Notes: generated from the letters alone by a model not told the origin. A stretch of 64,000 nucleotides of DNA from Chloroflexota bacterium (GCA_947472995.1 CANJBO010000002.1:117283-181282); one strand, 5' to 3'. Positions 27,806 to 39,944 are shown, counted from the stretch's first letter. Program-made: numbers and translations.

Positions 27806-29068
27806 CTAGCGGCGCTCGATCTGCGCGCCGAGCGCCTGCAGCTGGCCCTTGAGGTCCGCGTAGCCGCGATCGAGGTGGCCGATGCCGAGCACCGTCGTCT
27901 CGCCCTCGGCGGCGAGGCCCGCAACGACCACCGATGCGCCCGCGCGGATGTCGAGCGCGCGCACCACGCTGCCGGTGAGCTGCGTGCGCCCCTCGATGAT
28001 CACGGAGTCGCCGCCGGTCACGATCCGCGCGCCCAGCTTGCGCAACTCGTTCACGTAGAGCGTGCGGTTGTCGTAGACGCGCTCGTGCACCAGCGAGAGG
28101 CCGTGCGCCTGCGTCATGGCCGCGGCCATCTGCGGGTGGAGGTCCGTCGCGAAGCCGGGGTACGGCACCGCCTGCACCTGCACCGCCTGCAACGGCCCGT
28201 TCGAGGTCGCACGGATACCGCTCGCCGCGTCCGCGTGCACGGTCATGCCCATGTCGCGCAGCTTCGCGATCAGCGAGTCCATGTGGTGCGGCACCGCGTT
28301 CGCGATGCACACGTCGCCGCCGGTGGCGGCGCCCGCGAGGAGATACGTGCCGGCCTCCAGGCGGTCCGGGATCACCTCGAACTCCGCACCGTGCAGCGCG
28401 GCGACGCCGTCGACCTCGATCGTCGGGGTGCCCTCGCCGGTGATGCACGCGCCCATCGCGTTCAGCAGCCGCGCGGCCATCGCGACCTCGGGCTCGGGGG
28501 CGGCGTTGAGGATCGTGGTGTGCCCCTCGGCCAGCACCGCCGCGAACAGCACGTTCACGGTGCCGAGGACGCTCGGGTAGTCGAAGAAGATGCGCGCGCC
28601 GCGCAGCCCGGCTGATTGCACGCGCCAGTTCGCGCCGTGCCGCGAGACCTCCGCGCCGAGCATGCGGAATCCGACGAAGTGCACATCGAGCGGGCGCGAT
28701 CCGATGACGTCGCCGCCGGGCGGCACGCACTCCGCCTCCCCGGTGCGCGCGAGCAGCGGCCCCATGACGAGGAATGACGCGCGCAGGCGCAGCACCTGCT
28801 CCGCGGGGGGTGCCGTGCAGGTGATCTCCGGCGTGGAGATGCGCACCGTCTCGCCCTCGATCTCGACGTGCGATCCGAGGACGCGCAGCAGCTCGGCCAT
28901 CTCGTCGATGTCTGCGATGCGCGGGACGTTGGTGAGCGTGAGCGTCTCGGCCGTCAGCAGCCCGGCGGCGATCGCGTAGAGCGCGGCGTTCTTGGAGCCG
29001 GAGACCTCGACGGTCCCCTGCAGGGGGCGGCCGCCGCCGATGACGTATGCCTGTTCGACGGAGCTCAT
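27806..29068 (-). CDS. murA: UDP-N-acetylglucosamine 1-carboxyvinyltransferase
   Basis: ...GSKNAALY... and the C-terminal LDRGY motif of the EPT family; sits downstream of atpC as in actinobacteria. Confidence 0.9.
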   Translation of the reverse strand: MSSVEQAYVIGGGRPLQGTVEVSGSKNAALYAIAAGLLTAETLTLTNVPRIADIDEMAELLRVLGSHVEIEGETVRISTPEITCTAPPAEQVLRLRASFLVMGPLLARTGEAECVPPGGDVIGSRPLDVHFVGFRMLGAEVSRHGANWRVQSAGLRGARIFFDYPSVLGTVNVLFAAVLAEGHTTILNAAPEPEVAMAARLLNAMGACITGEGTPTIEVDGVAALHGAEFEVIPDRLEAGTYLLAGAATGGDVCIANAVPHHMDSLIAKLRDMGMTVHADAASGIRATSNGPLQAVQVQAVPYPGFATDLHPQMAAAMTQAHGLSLVHERVYDNRTLYVNELRKLGARIVTGGDSVIIEGRTQLTGSVVRALDIRAGASVVVAGLAAEGETTVLGIGHLDRGYADLKGQLQALGAQIERR

Positions 29069-29192
29069 CGCACCTCCCGTGCTGGGCACAGGATACAGAG
29101 CCGCGACCTCGACGGGTTGTCGCCGCGTCAACAGCGCGGGAGAACTCCGGCGCGCCGACTCGCGCGGACCACACCGACGGCACGCCCAATGA

Positions 29193-29218
29193 GAAGCGCC
29201 CCCGCGAGGGGGCGCTTC
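29193..29218 (-). terminator. hairpin GAAGCGCCCCC-tcgc-GGGGGCGCTTC downstream of atpC
   Basis: Perfect 11-bp stem seen directly; the U-tract is weak (TCTCATT). Confidence 0.4.
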
Positions 29219-29247
29219 GTCGTCGTGGACCGTCCGAGGTGCCCCGG

Positions 29248-29697
29248 CTAGCGCGAGGCGGGGACACCGGTGGCGCCGCCGGCGCGGCGGCGCGCGACAC
29301 GGATGCGGGTGAGCGAGCGGCGGAGCGCGAACTGCGCGCGCAGCACGTCGAGGCCACCCTGGATCGGCGGCTCCCCCCGACCCTCGAGGCGTGACTGCGC
29401 GCGGGCGCGGGCCGCCTCGGCACGTTCGACGTCGATCTGCTCGATACGCTCGGCGGCGTCCGCGAGGACACTCACCTGGTCGTTGGCGACCGTGATGAAC
29501 CCGCCGAGGATCGCGATCGACTCGGCGCCGGCCGCGGTGAACACGACCATCTCGCCGATGCCGAGGCTCGACATGAGCGCGGCGTGGCTCGGGAGGATCG
29601 TGATCTGGCCCTCGGCGGCCGGGACGACGAGCTTGGTCACACCGGCCTCTTCGAGGATGGTGCGCTGCGCGGTGACGATCGTGAGGTTCAGCGGCAT
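29248..29697 (-). CDS. atpC: F1 ATP synthase epsilon subunit
   Basis: MPLNLTIVTAQRTILEEAGVTKLVVPAAEGQITILPSHAALMS...; last gene of the atp operon. Confidence 0.9.
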   Translation of the reverse strand: MPLNLTIVTAQRTILEEAGVTKLVVPAAEGQITILPSHAALMSSLGIGEMVVFTAAGAESIAILGGFITVANDQVSVLADAAERIEQIDVERAEAARARAQSRLEGRGEPPIQGGLDVLRAQFALRRSLTRIRVARRRAGGATGVPASR

Positions 29698-29723
29698 GCG
29701 TTTACGCCTCGTCCGTGACCCTG

Positions 29724-31148
<1,425 letters not shown>

Positions 31149-31171
31149 TTAGATGCCTGAGCGCGTACGCG

Positions 31172-32077
31172 TTACTTGTTTTCGATCGCTGCGGTGCCGC
31201 CGACGATGTCGAGCAGCTCGCCGGTGATGGAGTCCTGACGTGCCTTGTTGTACTGGAGGGTGAGGTCGCCCACCATCTCCTTCGCCGCGTCCGTCGCCTG
31301 CCGCATGGCAACCATGCGCGCCGACTGCTCGGACGCCCGCGCCTCCAGGACCGCCTCGTACACCTGCATCTCGACGAATCGAGGCAGCAGGGTCGCGAGG
31401 AGCTCCTCGGGCGAGGGCTCGAAGATGAAGTCGATGTTCGAGGCGCCCGCAGCGCCGAGCTCCGCGTCCGACGGCGCGACGATCGGCAGGAGCTGCCGGG
31501 TCGTCGGGCGCTGCACGGCGGCGTTCACGAAGCGCTGGTAGCCGATGAACACCTGGTCCACGCGTCCGGAGACGAACTCGTCGATGATCAGGCGCGCGAT
31601 GGGGCGGACGTCCTCGAAGTTCGGGAAGTCGCCCAGCTCCGGGAAGTCCGCGAGCATCTCCATGCCGGACCGGCGGAAGAAGTCGCGCCCCTTGCGGCCG
31701 GCGGAGATCACCGAGACACGCTCGACCCGCGGCTGGTGCTCGAGGATCAGCGCGGCAGCCGCGCGGTTCATGTTGGCGTTGAGGCCGCCCGCCAGGCCTC
31801 GGTCGGACGTGATGTGCACATACGAGACGTGCTTCGCATCGCGCGACTGGAGCAGCGGGTGCAGGCCGGAGGCGTCGCCACCACCGGCCGTGTAGGCCGC
31901 GAGCTGGGCGAGGACGGCGCGCATGGTGACGGCGTAGGGGCGCGCCTGGACGGCGCGATCCTGCGCGCGACGCATCTTCGATGCGGCGACGAGCTCCATC
32001 GCCCGCGTAACCTTCGCGGCGCTGGAGATTGTCTTGATTCGGTCGCGGATTCCGCGAACCGCACCGCCACCGGCCAT
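31172..32077 (-). CDS. atpG: F1 ATP synthase gamma subunit
   Basis: IRDRIKTISSAAKVTRAMELVAASKMRRAQ N-terminus and conserved C-terminal helix. Confidence 0.9.
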   Translation of the reverse strand: MAGGGAVRGIRDRIKTISSAAKVTRAMELVAASKMRRAQDRAVQARPYAVTMRAVLAQLAAYTAGGGDASGLHPLLQSRDAKHVSYVHITSDRGLAGGLNANMNRAAAALILEHQPRVERVSVISAGRKGRDFFRRSGMEMLADFPELGDFPNFEDVRPIARLIIDEFVSGRVDQVFIGYQRFVNAAVQRPTTRQLLPIVAPSDAELGAAGASNIDFIFEPSPEELLATLLPRFVEMQVYEAVLEARASEQSARMVAMRQATDAAKEMVGDLTLQYNKARQDSITGELLDIVGGTAAIENK

Positions 32078-32142
32078 CTACGCGCTCTTTCTCGGTGACC
32101 CGGGCGTCCTGCGACGCGCCGCGCCCTGCTGGTGGACCGGCT

Positions 32143-33672
32143 CTAGTAGGCGACCGACGCCTTGAACTCGGTGATCGCGGCCTTCAGCTTCTCTTCGATG
32201 TCCTCGACGAGGTTGCCGGAGGTCGAGATCTCGTTGATCACGTCCGAGTGACCGGCCGACATGTACGCGTGGAACGCGCGCTCGAAGTCGAGGATCTTCT
32301 CGACGGGCACTTCGTCCAGGTAGCCGTTGACGCCGGCGTACAGGACCGTCACCTGCTGGCCCAGCGAGAGCGGCTGGTACTGCGGCTGCTTCAGCAGCTC
32401 CGTGAGGCGCGCGCCGCGCAGCAGCTGCTGGCGCGTCGCGGCGTCGAGGTCGTCCGTGCCGAACTGCGCGAACGCCTGCAGCTCGCGGTACTGCGAGAGG
32501 TCCAGGCGCAGCGTGCCGGCGACGCGCTTCATCGCGCGCGTCTGCGCCGCACCGCCCACGCGCGACACCGAGATGCCGGGGTTGGTGGCGGGGCGCTGGC
32601 CGCTGTTGAAGAGGTCCAGCTCCAGGAAGATCTGGCCGTCCGTGATCGAGATGACGTTGGTCGGGATGTAGGCCGACACGTCGCCGGCCTGCGTCTCGAT
32701 GATCGGAAGCGCGGTGATCGAGCCGCCGCCGAGCTCCGGGGTGACGCGCGCGGCGCGCTCCAGGAGGCGGGAGTGCAGGTAGAAGACGTCGCCGGGGTAC
32801 GCCTCGCGGCCCGGGGGGCGGCGGAGGAGCAGGGAGACCTCGCGGTACGCCCACGCGTGCTTCGAGAGGTCGTCGTAGATGACGAGGACGTCGCGGCCCT
32901 TCGCCATGAAGTACTCGGCCATCGCGGCGCCGGCGTAGGGGGCGAGGTACTGGAGGGCGGCCGACTCGGACGCGCTCGCGGCGACGACGATGGTGTGGTT
33001 CATCGCGCCGTACTGGTCGAGGATGGCGACGGTCTGGGCGACCTTCGCGTCCTTCTGACCGACCGCGACGTAGATGCAGATAACGCCGCTGTCCTTCTGG
33101 TTGATGATCGCGTCGATGCAGATCGCGCTCTTGCCGATCGAGCGGTCGCCGATGACGAGCTCGCGCTGGCCGCGGCCGAGCGGGATCATGGCGTCGATCG
33201 CCTTGATGCCGGTCTGCAGCGGCTGGTTCACCGTGACGCGGGAGACGACGTCGGGGGCGATGCGCTCGACGGGGTAGCGCTCCGTCGTCGCGACGGGGCC
33301 CTTCTCGTCGACCGGGTCGCCGAGGGCGTTCACGACGCGGCCGATGAGCGCCTCGCCGACGGGGACGGAGGCGACGAGCCCGGTCGTGCGGACCTCGTCA
33401 CCCTCCTTCACCTTCGTGTAGTCGCCCATGATGATGGCGCCGACCGTCTCCTCTTCGAGGTTCAGGGCGAGGCCGCGGATCGGGCGACCCTGGTCGTCCG
33501 TCACGCTGAACTCGATGAGCTCCGACGCGAGGCACTGGCCGAGGCCGTGGATGCGGGCGATGCCGTCGCCCGCCTCGATCACGGTCCCGACGTTCGCCGA
33601 TGTGGCGGAGGCGTCGAAGTTCTCGATCTGCTCCTTCAGGATGGAGGCGATCTCTTCAGCACGTACGGCCAT
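32143..33672 (-). CDS. atpA: F1 ATP synthase alpha subunit
   Basis: [10 protein letters not shown] Walker A (P-loop), ...YDDLSKHA... Confidence 0.95.
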   Translation of the reverse strand: MAVRAEEIASILKEQIENFDASATSANVGTVIEAGDGIARIHGLGQCLASELIEFSVTDDQGRPIRGLALNLEEETVGAIIMGDYTKVKEGDEVRTTGLVASVPVGEALIGRVVNALGDPVDEKGPVATTERYPVERIAPDVVSRVTVNQPLQTGIKAIDAMIPLGRGQRELVIGDRSIGKSAICIDAIINQKDSGVICIYVAVGQKDAKVAQTVAILDQYGAMNHTIVVAASASESAALQYLAPYAGAAMAEYFMAKGRDVLVIYDDLSKHAWAYREVSLLLRRPPGREAYPGDVFYLHSRLLERAARVTPELGGGSITALPIIETQAGDVSAYIPTNVISITDGQIFLELDLFNSGQRPATNPGISVSRVGGAAQTRAMKRVAGTLRLDLSQYRELQAFAQFGTDDLDAATRQQLLRGARLTELLKQPQYQPLSLGQQVTVLYAGVNGYLDEVPVEKILDFERAFHAYMSAGHSDVINEISTSGNLVEDIEEKLKAAITEFKASVAY

Positions 33673-33775
33673 CGCGGTACCTCAGCGTCTCTCCCGCCCT
33701 CCCATCCTGCACGGACGGTGAGCGGTGTCTCTTCGTCGTTTCGCGCGCTCTGCAGCGCGACTCCTGCAGCCCGGC

Positions 33776-34321
33776 TTACAGGGCTGCGCGCTCCAGCTGC
33801 GAACGCAACGCCCGCAGGCGCGTCCGCGTGGAGCCGTCCACCAGTCGGTCGCCGATGCGGACGATCAGGCCACCGAGGATGCTCGGGTCGACCTTCGTCT
33901 CCACCGTGACCTGATGGCCGGTCTGCTCGGTGAGCCGGCGCTCCAGCTGCGCCTGTCGCTCGGGGTCCAGTTCCACCGCGCTGGTGACGGTGGCGCGGGC
34001 GATGCCACGCTCCGCGTCCATCAGCTCGCGGAAGAAGGACGCGATGTCCGGGCCGAGGCCCAGGCGCGACTTCCGCCGCAGCAGCCGGAACAGGTTGACC
34101 TGCGCCGGCGTGATGTTCGGCACCACGCGCCGGACGATTGTCTGGAACTTCTCGTCGGTCATGCCGTCCGCCTGCAGCGCAGCGACGAACGCGGGCTGCG
34201 ACGTCAGTGACTCCAGCCCCTCGATCGCCTCGGTCCAGCTGTCGAGCGCGCCCTGTTGACGGGCGATCTCCAGCACGGCGGAGGCGTAGCGGCGGCCGGC
34301 GACATCGCGCGTCCCGGCCAC
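33776..34321 (-). CDS. atpH: F1 ATP synthase delta subunit (OSCP)
   Basis: OSCP family pattern ...RYASAVLEIA... and ...ILGGLIVRIGD..V.DGS... Confidence 0.85.
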   Translation of the reverse strand: MAGTRDVAGRRYASAVLEIARQQGALDSWTEAIEGLESLTSQPAFVAALQADGMTDEKFQTIVRRVVPNITPAQVNLFRLLRRKSRLGLGPDIASFFRELMDAERGIARATVTSAVELDPERQAQLERRLTEQTGHQVTVETKVDPSILGGLIVRIGDRLVDGSTRTRLRALRSQLERAAL

Positions 34322-34954
34322 TTAGTTGCTGCCGCCCCGACCGAAGTCGCTGCTGACCAGCACTTCGTCGATCAGGCGCTGGTGGGCGCTGCGGTCGAGC
34401 GACTGCCCGACGACGCGCTCGGCGGCGCGGACGGTGAGGTCCGCGAACTCCGTGCGCAGCGCCTGGACGGCCTGCACGCGCTCCTGCTCCATCTCCTGGC
34501 GGGCGCGCTCCACGATGCGGGCAGCGTCGGCCTGCGCCTGCTGCTCCAGCTCCGTGCGGAGACGGCCGGCCGTCTCCTGCGCGCGGGCGACCAGCTCGCG
34601 CCCCTCGGCACGAGCCTCCTCGAGCGCCGCGCGAGCGGCGACCTGGCTCTCCTCGGCCGCCGAGGCGGCAGCCTCCGAGGCGCGCAGGCCCTCTTCGATG
34701 CGGCGCTTGCGCTCGTCCAGCATCTTGAGGATCGGGCCCCACAGGAACATGCGGAGCAGGACCAGCAGGATGGTGAAGTTCACCAGCTGCGTGACCAGGC
34801 CGGGCAGGCTCAGGCCGAGGGCGGCGATGCCCCCGGATTCCTCTGCCGCGGAGGCCACCAGCGGCATCGCCGCTGCAGCCAGACCGACGCCAAGCGCGGC
34901 CACGCGCGAACGCGCGCCGGACGCCAGTCGTCGGAGAGTGTGCACTGCTCTCAC
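34322..34954 (-). CDS. atpF: Fo ATP synthase subunit b (with an N-terminal extension)
   Basis: Single TM helix plus a long charged coiled-coil (EEGL..AE...); the first ~40 aa are signal-like, so the start is uncertain. Confidence 0.8.
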   Translation of the reverse strand: MRAVHTLRRLASGARSRVAALGVGLAAAAMPLVASAAEESGGIAALGLSLPGLVTQLVNFTILLVLLRMFLWGPILKMLDERKRRIEEGLRASEAAASAAEESQVAARAALEEARAEGRELVARAQETAGRLRTELEQQAQADAARIVERARQEMEQERVQAVQALRTEFADLTVRAAERVVGQSLDRSAHQRLIDEVLVSSDFGRGGSN

Positions 34955-35039
34955 GTTCGCTCCTCGCCTGGACGGGCTGCGCCGCCGGCCTCCATGAGAC
35001 CGGCGAGCCGCACCGTCAGCGTATCCCTCGTGGCGTCGC

Positions 35040-35420
<381 letters not shown>

Positions 35421-35455
35421 TCACGGATGACACGAACCTTGTTTCGCAACGGGAC

Positions 35456-36526
35456 TCAGTGCGCCCCGTGATGCTCTGCTTCGGCGTGATCCCCGTCTCC
35501 GTGGTGCGACACCGCCGTGACGGCGAACACCAGCGTGAGGATGGAGAACACGAACGCCTGGATCAGGCCCACGAACAGCTCCAAGCCGTAGAACACGTCC
35601 ACGAGCAGGAACGGGACCAGGAACGACATCATCAGCAGCAGGACCTCGCCCGCGAAGACGTTGCCGAACAGACGGAAGGTGAACGACACCATGCGCGACA
35701 GCTCCGAGACGAACTCGAGGATGCCGACGAAGACGTCGATCAGGCCCATCGGGCCCTTCTTGAAGATGGCGTCGAACGCGACGAACTTCTTCAGGTAGCC
35801 GGGGCCGAGCGACTGCAGGCCCCAGAACTCCACGAAGATGAACGAGAAGATCGCGATCGCCAGCGGGGCGTTGATGTCCGTGTTGACGGAGCGGATGTAC
35901 GGCGACAGCGCGCCGGAGAACGAGCCCTCCGGGTAGACCGCGGCGGGAGCGTGCGCGTCGGCCTTGCCGGCTGCCGGGGTCGCGTGCGCCTCGCCGGGGG
36001 CGCCGTGCGCCGCCATGCCGGCGGGGAGCAGCGGAGCCTCGCCACCGGCCACGTCGATGCTCGCCGGCTTCAGCGGGATGTACGCGATGCCGCCGCCCTG
36101 CTGGAACACGGCCTGCTTCGCGCCGTGACCGGGCTCCGGCTTGCCGATGCTGTTCAGGGGCAGGAGCCCGAAGTAGTTCGAGGTGAGGACGAAGAAGAAG
36201 ATCGTGGCGACCAGCGGGAAGAAGCGGCGCCCGTTCTTCTCACCGGCGACCGAGACGACGATGCCGAGGAACGCCTCTACGACCGCCTCGACGCCGCCGG
36301 CGAAGCCGGACGGGACGAGCTTGAGGCCGCGCCGCGTGACGAACCCGATGACGAGGAGCACGAGGACGACGAGCCACGAGGTGAACATCGTGTTCGTGAT
36401 GGCGAGCGGGCCGATGTCGAAGACGTGCTCGGGGGCGACGACGATGGCGGGCGAGACGCCGCCGACGAACAGGAAGCCGGAAGCCATCAGGGCGATCGCG
36501 GCGACAGCAATCAGGAGCAGCTTCAT
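35456..36526 (-). CDS. atpB: Fo ATP synthase subunit a (356 aa, with a ~90-aa insertion and a His-rich C-terminal tail)
   Basis: Conserved ...LSRMVSFTFRLFGNVFAGE... (essential Arg) and C-terminal helices; insertion PEPGHGAKQAVFQQGGG...PAAVYPEG; tail SHHGDGDHAEAEHHGAH. Confidence 0.85.
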   Translation of the reverse strand: MKLLLIAVAAIALMASGFLFVGGVSPAIVVAPEHVFDIGPLAITNTMFTSWLVVLVLLVIGFVTRRGLKLVPSGFAGGVEAVVEAFLGIVVSVAGEKNGRRFFPLVATIFFFVLTSNYFGLLPLNSIGKPEPGHGAKQAVFQQGGGIAYIPLKPASIDVAGGEAPLLPAGMAAHGAPGEAHATPAAGKADAHAPAAVYPEGSFSGALSPYIRSVNTDINAPLAIAIFSFIFVEFWGLQSLGPGYLKKFVAFDAIFKKGPMGLIDVFVGILEFVSELSRMVSFTFRLFGNVFAGEVLLLMMSFLVPFLLVDVFYGLELFVGLIQAFVFSILTLVFAVTAVSHHGDGDHAEAEHHGAH

Positions 36527-36741
36527 CAGTTGCCGTTCTGGTTGTTGAATGCCACGAGTTCTCTAAGCCTCCGATAGGCGTCGTACAGACCGATCGCCAG
36601 TCCCAGGAACAGGAGCAGCACTGTCAGGAGGGGGTCGGTCTCGAACTTGCCGTCGAGCCACCGCCCGAGCAGCGTCCCACCGACGACCCAGATCGCGAGC
36701 GACCCGCCCATTCCCATCAACGACAGCGCGCGATTTCTCAA
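36526..36741 (-). CDS. AtpZ/AtpI-like small membrane protein at the head of the atp operon
   Basis: 71 aa, two TM helices (...LAIWVVGGTLLGRWLD...LLTVLLLFLGLAIGLY); TGA/ATG overlap with atpB. Confidence 0.55.
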   Translation of the reverse strand: MRNRALSLMGMGGSLAIWVVGGTLLGRWLDGKFETDPLLTVLLLFLGLAIGLYDAYRRLRELVAFNNQNGN

Positions 36742-36878
36742 CGCCAGTCCCGCCGTTCTGAAAGCGGAGCCGGGGGAACCCTACCATCCCCGGATCGGTG
36801 GATCAACTCACTTGTGGCGAGTTGCACAATAACCAGTCACGACCTGAGCGTCGCAGATGCGCGCCAACCGGCGCGCGT

Positions 36879-37421
36879 TTATCGCCGGTCGTCGCCGAGC
36901 GTGTCGAGGTCCAGCCCGCCGATGAAATCACGGAACGCGGAGAGCTTCTCCAGCTCTTCCGCGGTCGGCGGCGCGGGGCGCTCACCGGCCTCTTCGAGGC
37001 CCTCGATCGGCTCGCCGTCCTCGTCCAGGATGATGCCGGCGCGGTCCATCACCTCGTCCGCGACGTAGATCGGGACGCCCGCGCGCACTGCGATCGCGAT
37101 GGCGTCCGAGGGGCGCGAGTCGAGGTCGATCGCCTCGCCGCCGCGCAGGATGTGGATGTTCGCGTAGAAGGTGTCCTCGCGCAGGTCGTTCACGGTGACC
37201 GACTCGACCGTGCCGCCGAGGTCCTCGAGCAGCTTGAGCATGAGGTCGTGCGTCTGCGGGCGGGCGGCGGTGACGTCCTGGAGCCGGAAGGCGATGGCGT
37301 CCGCGACGTCCGCGCCGATCCAGATCGTGAGGTAGCGGTCCGCTTCCTTCTCGCGCAGGACGACGACGCGCCGGTAGTGACGGAGCCCGACGCGGATGGA
37401 GTCGATGATCAGTTCGCGCAC
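36879..37421 (-). CDS. bifunctional nuclease family protein (BFN/DUF151)
   Basis: ...VVVLREKEADRYLTIWIGADVADAIAFRLQDV...THDLMLKLLEDLGG...RPSDAIAIAVRAGVPIYV are DUF151 hallmarks; GTG start after a GAGG RBS. Confidence 0.75.
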   Translation of the reverse strand: MRELIIDSIRVGLRHYRRVVVLREKEADRYLTIWIGADVADAIAFRLQDVTAARPQTHDLMLKLLEDLGGTVESVTVNDLREDTFYANIHILRGGEAIDLDSRPSDAIAIAVRAGVPIYVADEVMDRAGIILDEDGEPIEGLEEAGERPAPPTAEELEKLSAFRDFIGGLDLDTLGDDRR

Positions 37422-37561
37422 TGGTGACCTCGGGGAGCCTCGCGGGGGCGAGGGGGGATTCGTGCATGGAGTGTACGAGGCGTGCCAACCCAACGCCACG
37501 CGCGCTGCCCGCGCGGAGACTGCGCCGCGCAGGCAAGCACATACGAGGCACAGCGTGAGGC

Positions 37562-37628
37562 GGCCACCCCTGCCCCTCCCATCTCGGGAGGGGTTGAGAC
37601 TTGAAGGGCTACGCCCTTCAAGCATCCC
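37562..37628. repeat. REP/BIME-like double-hairpin element (subfamily A, copy 2)
   Basis: GGCCACCCCTGCCCCTCCC-atctc-GGGAGGGGTTGAGACT-TGAAGGGC-tac-GCCCTTCA-AGCATCCC; compensatory changes in hairpin 2 relative to the copy at 22988. Confidence 0.7.
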
Positions 37629-37740
37629 GGATCATCTCGGAGACGGTGACGACGCGCCTCGGCCTCCGGGGACGGCGGGCACGGACTCGCACCACGTGTC
37701 CCGATCGGCAAGGCACCGACCCTGCACCGCAACGAGAGAA

Positions 37741-37795
37741 CCCCATCCGCTCTGACCTCGCTCCCCTCGCGGGGGAGAGGGATGGGTGAGGGGGC
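37741..37795. repeat. degenerate REP-like element (CTCCCCTC-gcg-GGGGAGAG with flanking CCCATCC/GGATGGG arms)
   Basis: Imperfect nested inverted repeats seen in the sequence; lies in the same 419-bp intergenic region as the previous element. Confidence 0.45.
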
Positions 37796-37840
37796 TCCCT
37801 CGACGCCACGCGGGGACGAGGGCAACGAGCGCTCGCGAGC

Positions 37841-38095
37841 CTACGCCGGGGGCGGGGGCACGTCGCCGTAGAGCGCGCGCTCGATCGCGGGGTCGAGTTC
37901 GGGGCCACGCGAGACGTACGCCTTCGCACGTCTGCGCAGCACGGCCCGTTCCATCAGCACGCGGTGGTCGCAGGTGAGGCAGCGCAGGCCCACGTCGGCT
38001 CCGACGCGCACGACCTCCCAGTCGGCGCCGCCGCAGGGATGCGGGCGCTGCATGCGGATCACGTCCGCCATGCGCACGTCCGTCATCGGCAGCAC
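37841..38095 (-). CDS. DUF951-family small protein (Cys-x-x-Cys containing)
   Basis: ...RMQRPHPCGGADWEVVRVGADVGLRCLTCDHRVLMER... matches the KPHPCGS..WEV.R.GADI...C.GCG pattern of DUF951. Confidence 0.5.
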   Translation of the reverse strand: MLPMTDVRMADVIRMQRPHPCGGADWEVVRVGADVGLRCLTCDHRVLMERAVLRRRAKAYVSRGPELDPAIERALYGDVPPPPA

Positions 38096-38105
38096 GGTGC
38101 GCTCG

Positions 38106-38942
38106 CTACGCCCCGCGCGCGGCGTTGATCGCGTCGCGCAGCTCGATGGCGGCGACGCGCGCGCCCTCGGCCCAGTCCGGGCGGTCCGAGGACGCGACGG
38201 GCGGTGCGTAGAGCACCCCCCGCGAGGCGTTCACGATGAGGTTCGCGCCCGCGCCGTCGATGCCGGCGCGCACGGCTGCCTCGAGGTCGCCGGCCTGAGC
38301 GCCGACGCCCGGCATGAGGATGGGCATCTCCGGGCAGATCGCGCGGATCTCCTCGGCCTCGACGGGGTAGGTGGCACCGACCACGAGGCCGACGTTGCCT
38401 CGGGTGTTCCACGTCGATGCAAGGCGAGCGACGTACGCGTACAGCGGCTCGTTCCGCTCGCCCACGCGCAGGTCCTGCAAGTCGTGCGCGCCGGGGTTCG
38501 AGGTGCGGCAGAGCAGGAACGCGGTGCGTTCCTCGTACGCGAGGAACGGCTCCAGCGAGTCGCCGCCCATGTACGGACTGAGCGTGACGGCATCGGCATC
38601 GAGCGCCTCGTAGATCGCCTTCGCGTAGCCGATCGCGGTGTTACCGAGGTCGCCGCGCTTCGCGTCGAGGATGACGGGAACGTCGTGCGCGTGGATCGCA
38701 TGAACGAGGTCGCGCACCAACTCGACGCCCGCGCCGAGGTCGGGCTCGAAGAAGCCGAGGTTCGGCTTGTAGCAGGAGGCAACGTCGGCGGTCGCCTCGA
38801 TGATCCCGAGGAGGAAGTCACGCGTGCTGACACCGGCGGGGATGCGCGCGGGGTCCGGGTCGAGGCCCACGCAGAGCAACGAGTGGTTCCGCTCGACGGC
38901 GGACTCGAAGCGCGTGCGGAAGCTGGCTCGGACGGCGGTCAT
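38106..38942 (-). CDS. pyrF: orotidine 5'-phosphate decarboxylase (type 2, long form)
   Basis: ...LCVGLDPD..., ...ILDAKRGDLGNT..., typical of actinobacterial long PyrF. Confidence 0.85.
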   Translation of the reverse strand: MTAVRASFRTRFESAVERNHSLLCVGLDPDPARIPAGVSTRDFLLGIIEATADVASCYKPNLGFFEPDLGAGVELVRDLVHAIHAHDVPVILDAKRGDLGNTAIGYAKAIYEALDADAVTLSPYMGGDSLEPFLAYEERTAFLLCRTSNPGAHDLQDLRVGERNEPLYAYVARLASTWNTRGNVGLVVGATYPVEAEEIRAICPEMPILMPGVGAQAGDLEAAVRAGIDGAGANLIVNASRGVLYAPPVASSDRPDWAEGARVAAIELRDAINAARGA

Positions 38943-38994
38943 GGCATCTCCTCGGAACGGGAACAGCGGTGGCTACTACGCCACGCGCCCTGGA

Positions 38995-39816
38995 TCAGAG
39001 CGGGGTGGCTACGCCACCGGGACGGGAGATGCGGAGCGGGGGGAGAGCAGCGCCGGCTGCACGCAGCCGTTCCACCGTGCTCTCGAACGCGGTGACGTCG
39101 CCGGTAGCATAGCAGAGCGCCTCGACCTCGACGCCCGCGGGGTCGTACTCCAGGCCGGCCTCCGCAATCACGTGCAGCGTGCGACGCGCGACCGGCTCGC
39201 CCGCCTCGACGAGCTCGACGTGCGCGGGCAGGATGCGCCGCAGCACCGGCCGCAGGAACGCGTAGTGGGTGCAGCCCAGCGCGACCTCGTCGGCGCCCAG
39301 CGCGACCGGCTCGTCGAGGGCGGTGCGCAGCATCTGCTCCACGCGCGGGCCGTCGATCTCGCCACCCTCCACGATGTCGGCGAGGCCGGGCATGGGGATC
39401 GTGACGATCGTGGCGTCGCCGCTGTGGCGCTCCGTGAGCCGCGCGAGGCGCTGGCCGCTGATCGTGCCGGTCGTCGCGAGCACCAGCACGCGACGGCTGC
39501 GGCTCCGCTCGACCGCCGGCTTCACCGGCGGCTCCATGCCGACGATCGGCACGGTGAACTCGGCGCGCAGCCGCTCGAGGCCGGCCGAGCTGGCGGTGTT
39601 GCAGGCGATCACGATGACGTTGGCGCCGTCCTCGATGAGCCGGCGCACCATCTCGACGGTGCGCTCGCGGATCTCATCGGCGGATCGCTCGCCGTAGGGG
39701 AAGAAGGCGGAGTCGGCGAGGTAGTGGATCGGCAGCGCGGGGGCGAGCCGGTGCAGCGCCTCCGCGACGGAGAGCCCCCCGACGCCGGAATCGAAGATCC
39801 CGACCGTGGCACGCAT
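38995..39816 (-). CDS. murI: glutamate racemase
   Basis: VGIFDSGVGGLSV, ...IACNTAS..., ...GCTHYAFL... (the two catalytic Cys motifs). Confidence 0.9.
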   Translation of the reverse strand: MRATVGIFDSGVGGLSVAEALHRLAPALPIHYLADSAFFPYGERSADEIRERTVEMVRRLIEDGANVIVIACNTASSAGLERLRAEFTVPIVGMEPPVKPAVERSRSRRVLVLATTGTISGQRLARLTERHSGDATIVTIPMPGLADIVEGGEIDGPRVEQMLRTALDEPVALGADEVALGCTHYAFLRPVLRRILPAHVELVEAGEPVARRTLHVIAEAGLEYDPAGVEVEALCYATGDVTAFESTVERLRAAGAALPPLRISRPGGVATPL

Positions 39817-39944
39817 TCGCAGGCCTCCGTGCACACCCCGCCGGATGTGCCCTCAGGCTACGTCCCACTGCGATGCCTCGCAAGGAGTGTGCGGGATGTG
39901 CGGCGCGCTGGTGCAGGGGGGACGGTCGAGGACCAACGGAGGGC

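Noticed and set aside
26625-29471. 948-aa minus-strand ORF
   Set aside because: Only its 3' 385 codons (the Tat-signal substrate-binding protein, start GTG 27782 with an AGGAGA RBS) are credible. The upstream part runs antisense or out of frame through murA.
32095-33909. 604-aa plus-strand ORF antisense to atpA, and similar ones at 29715-31160, 35459-36577, 56287-58296 and 58669-60033
   Set aside because: All lie opposite highly conserved atp, etfD or acyl-CoA ligase genes and translate to repetitive RDG-rich sequence.
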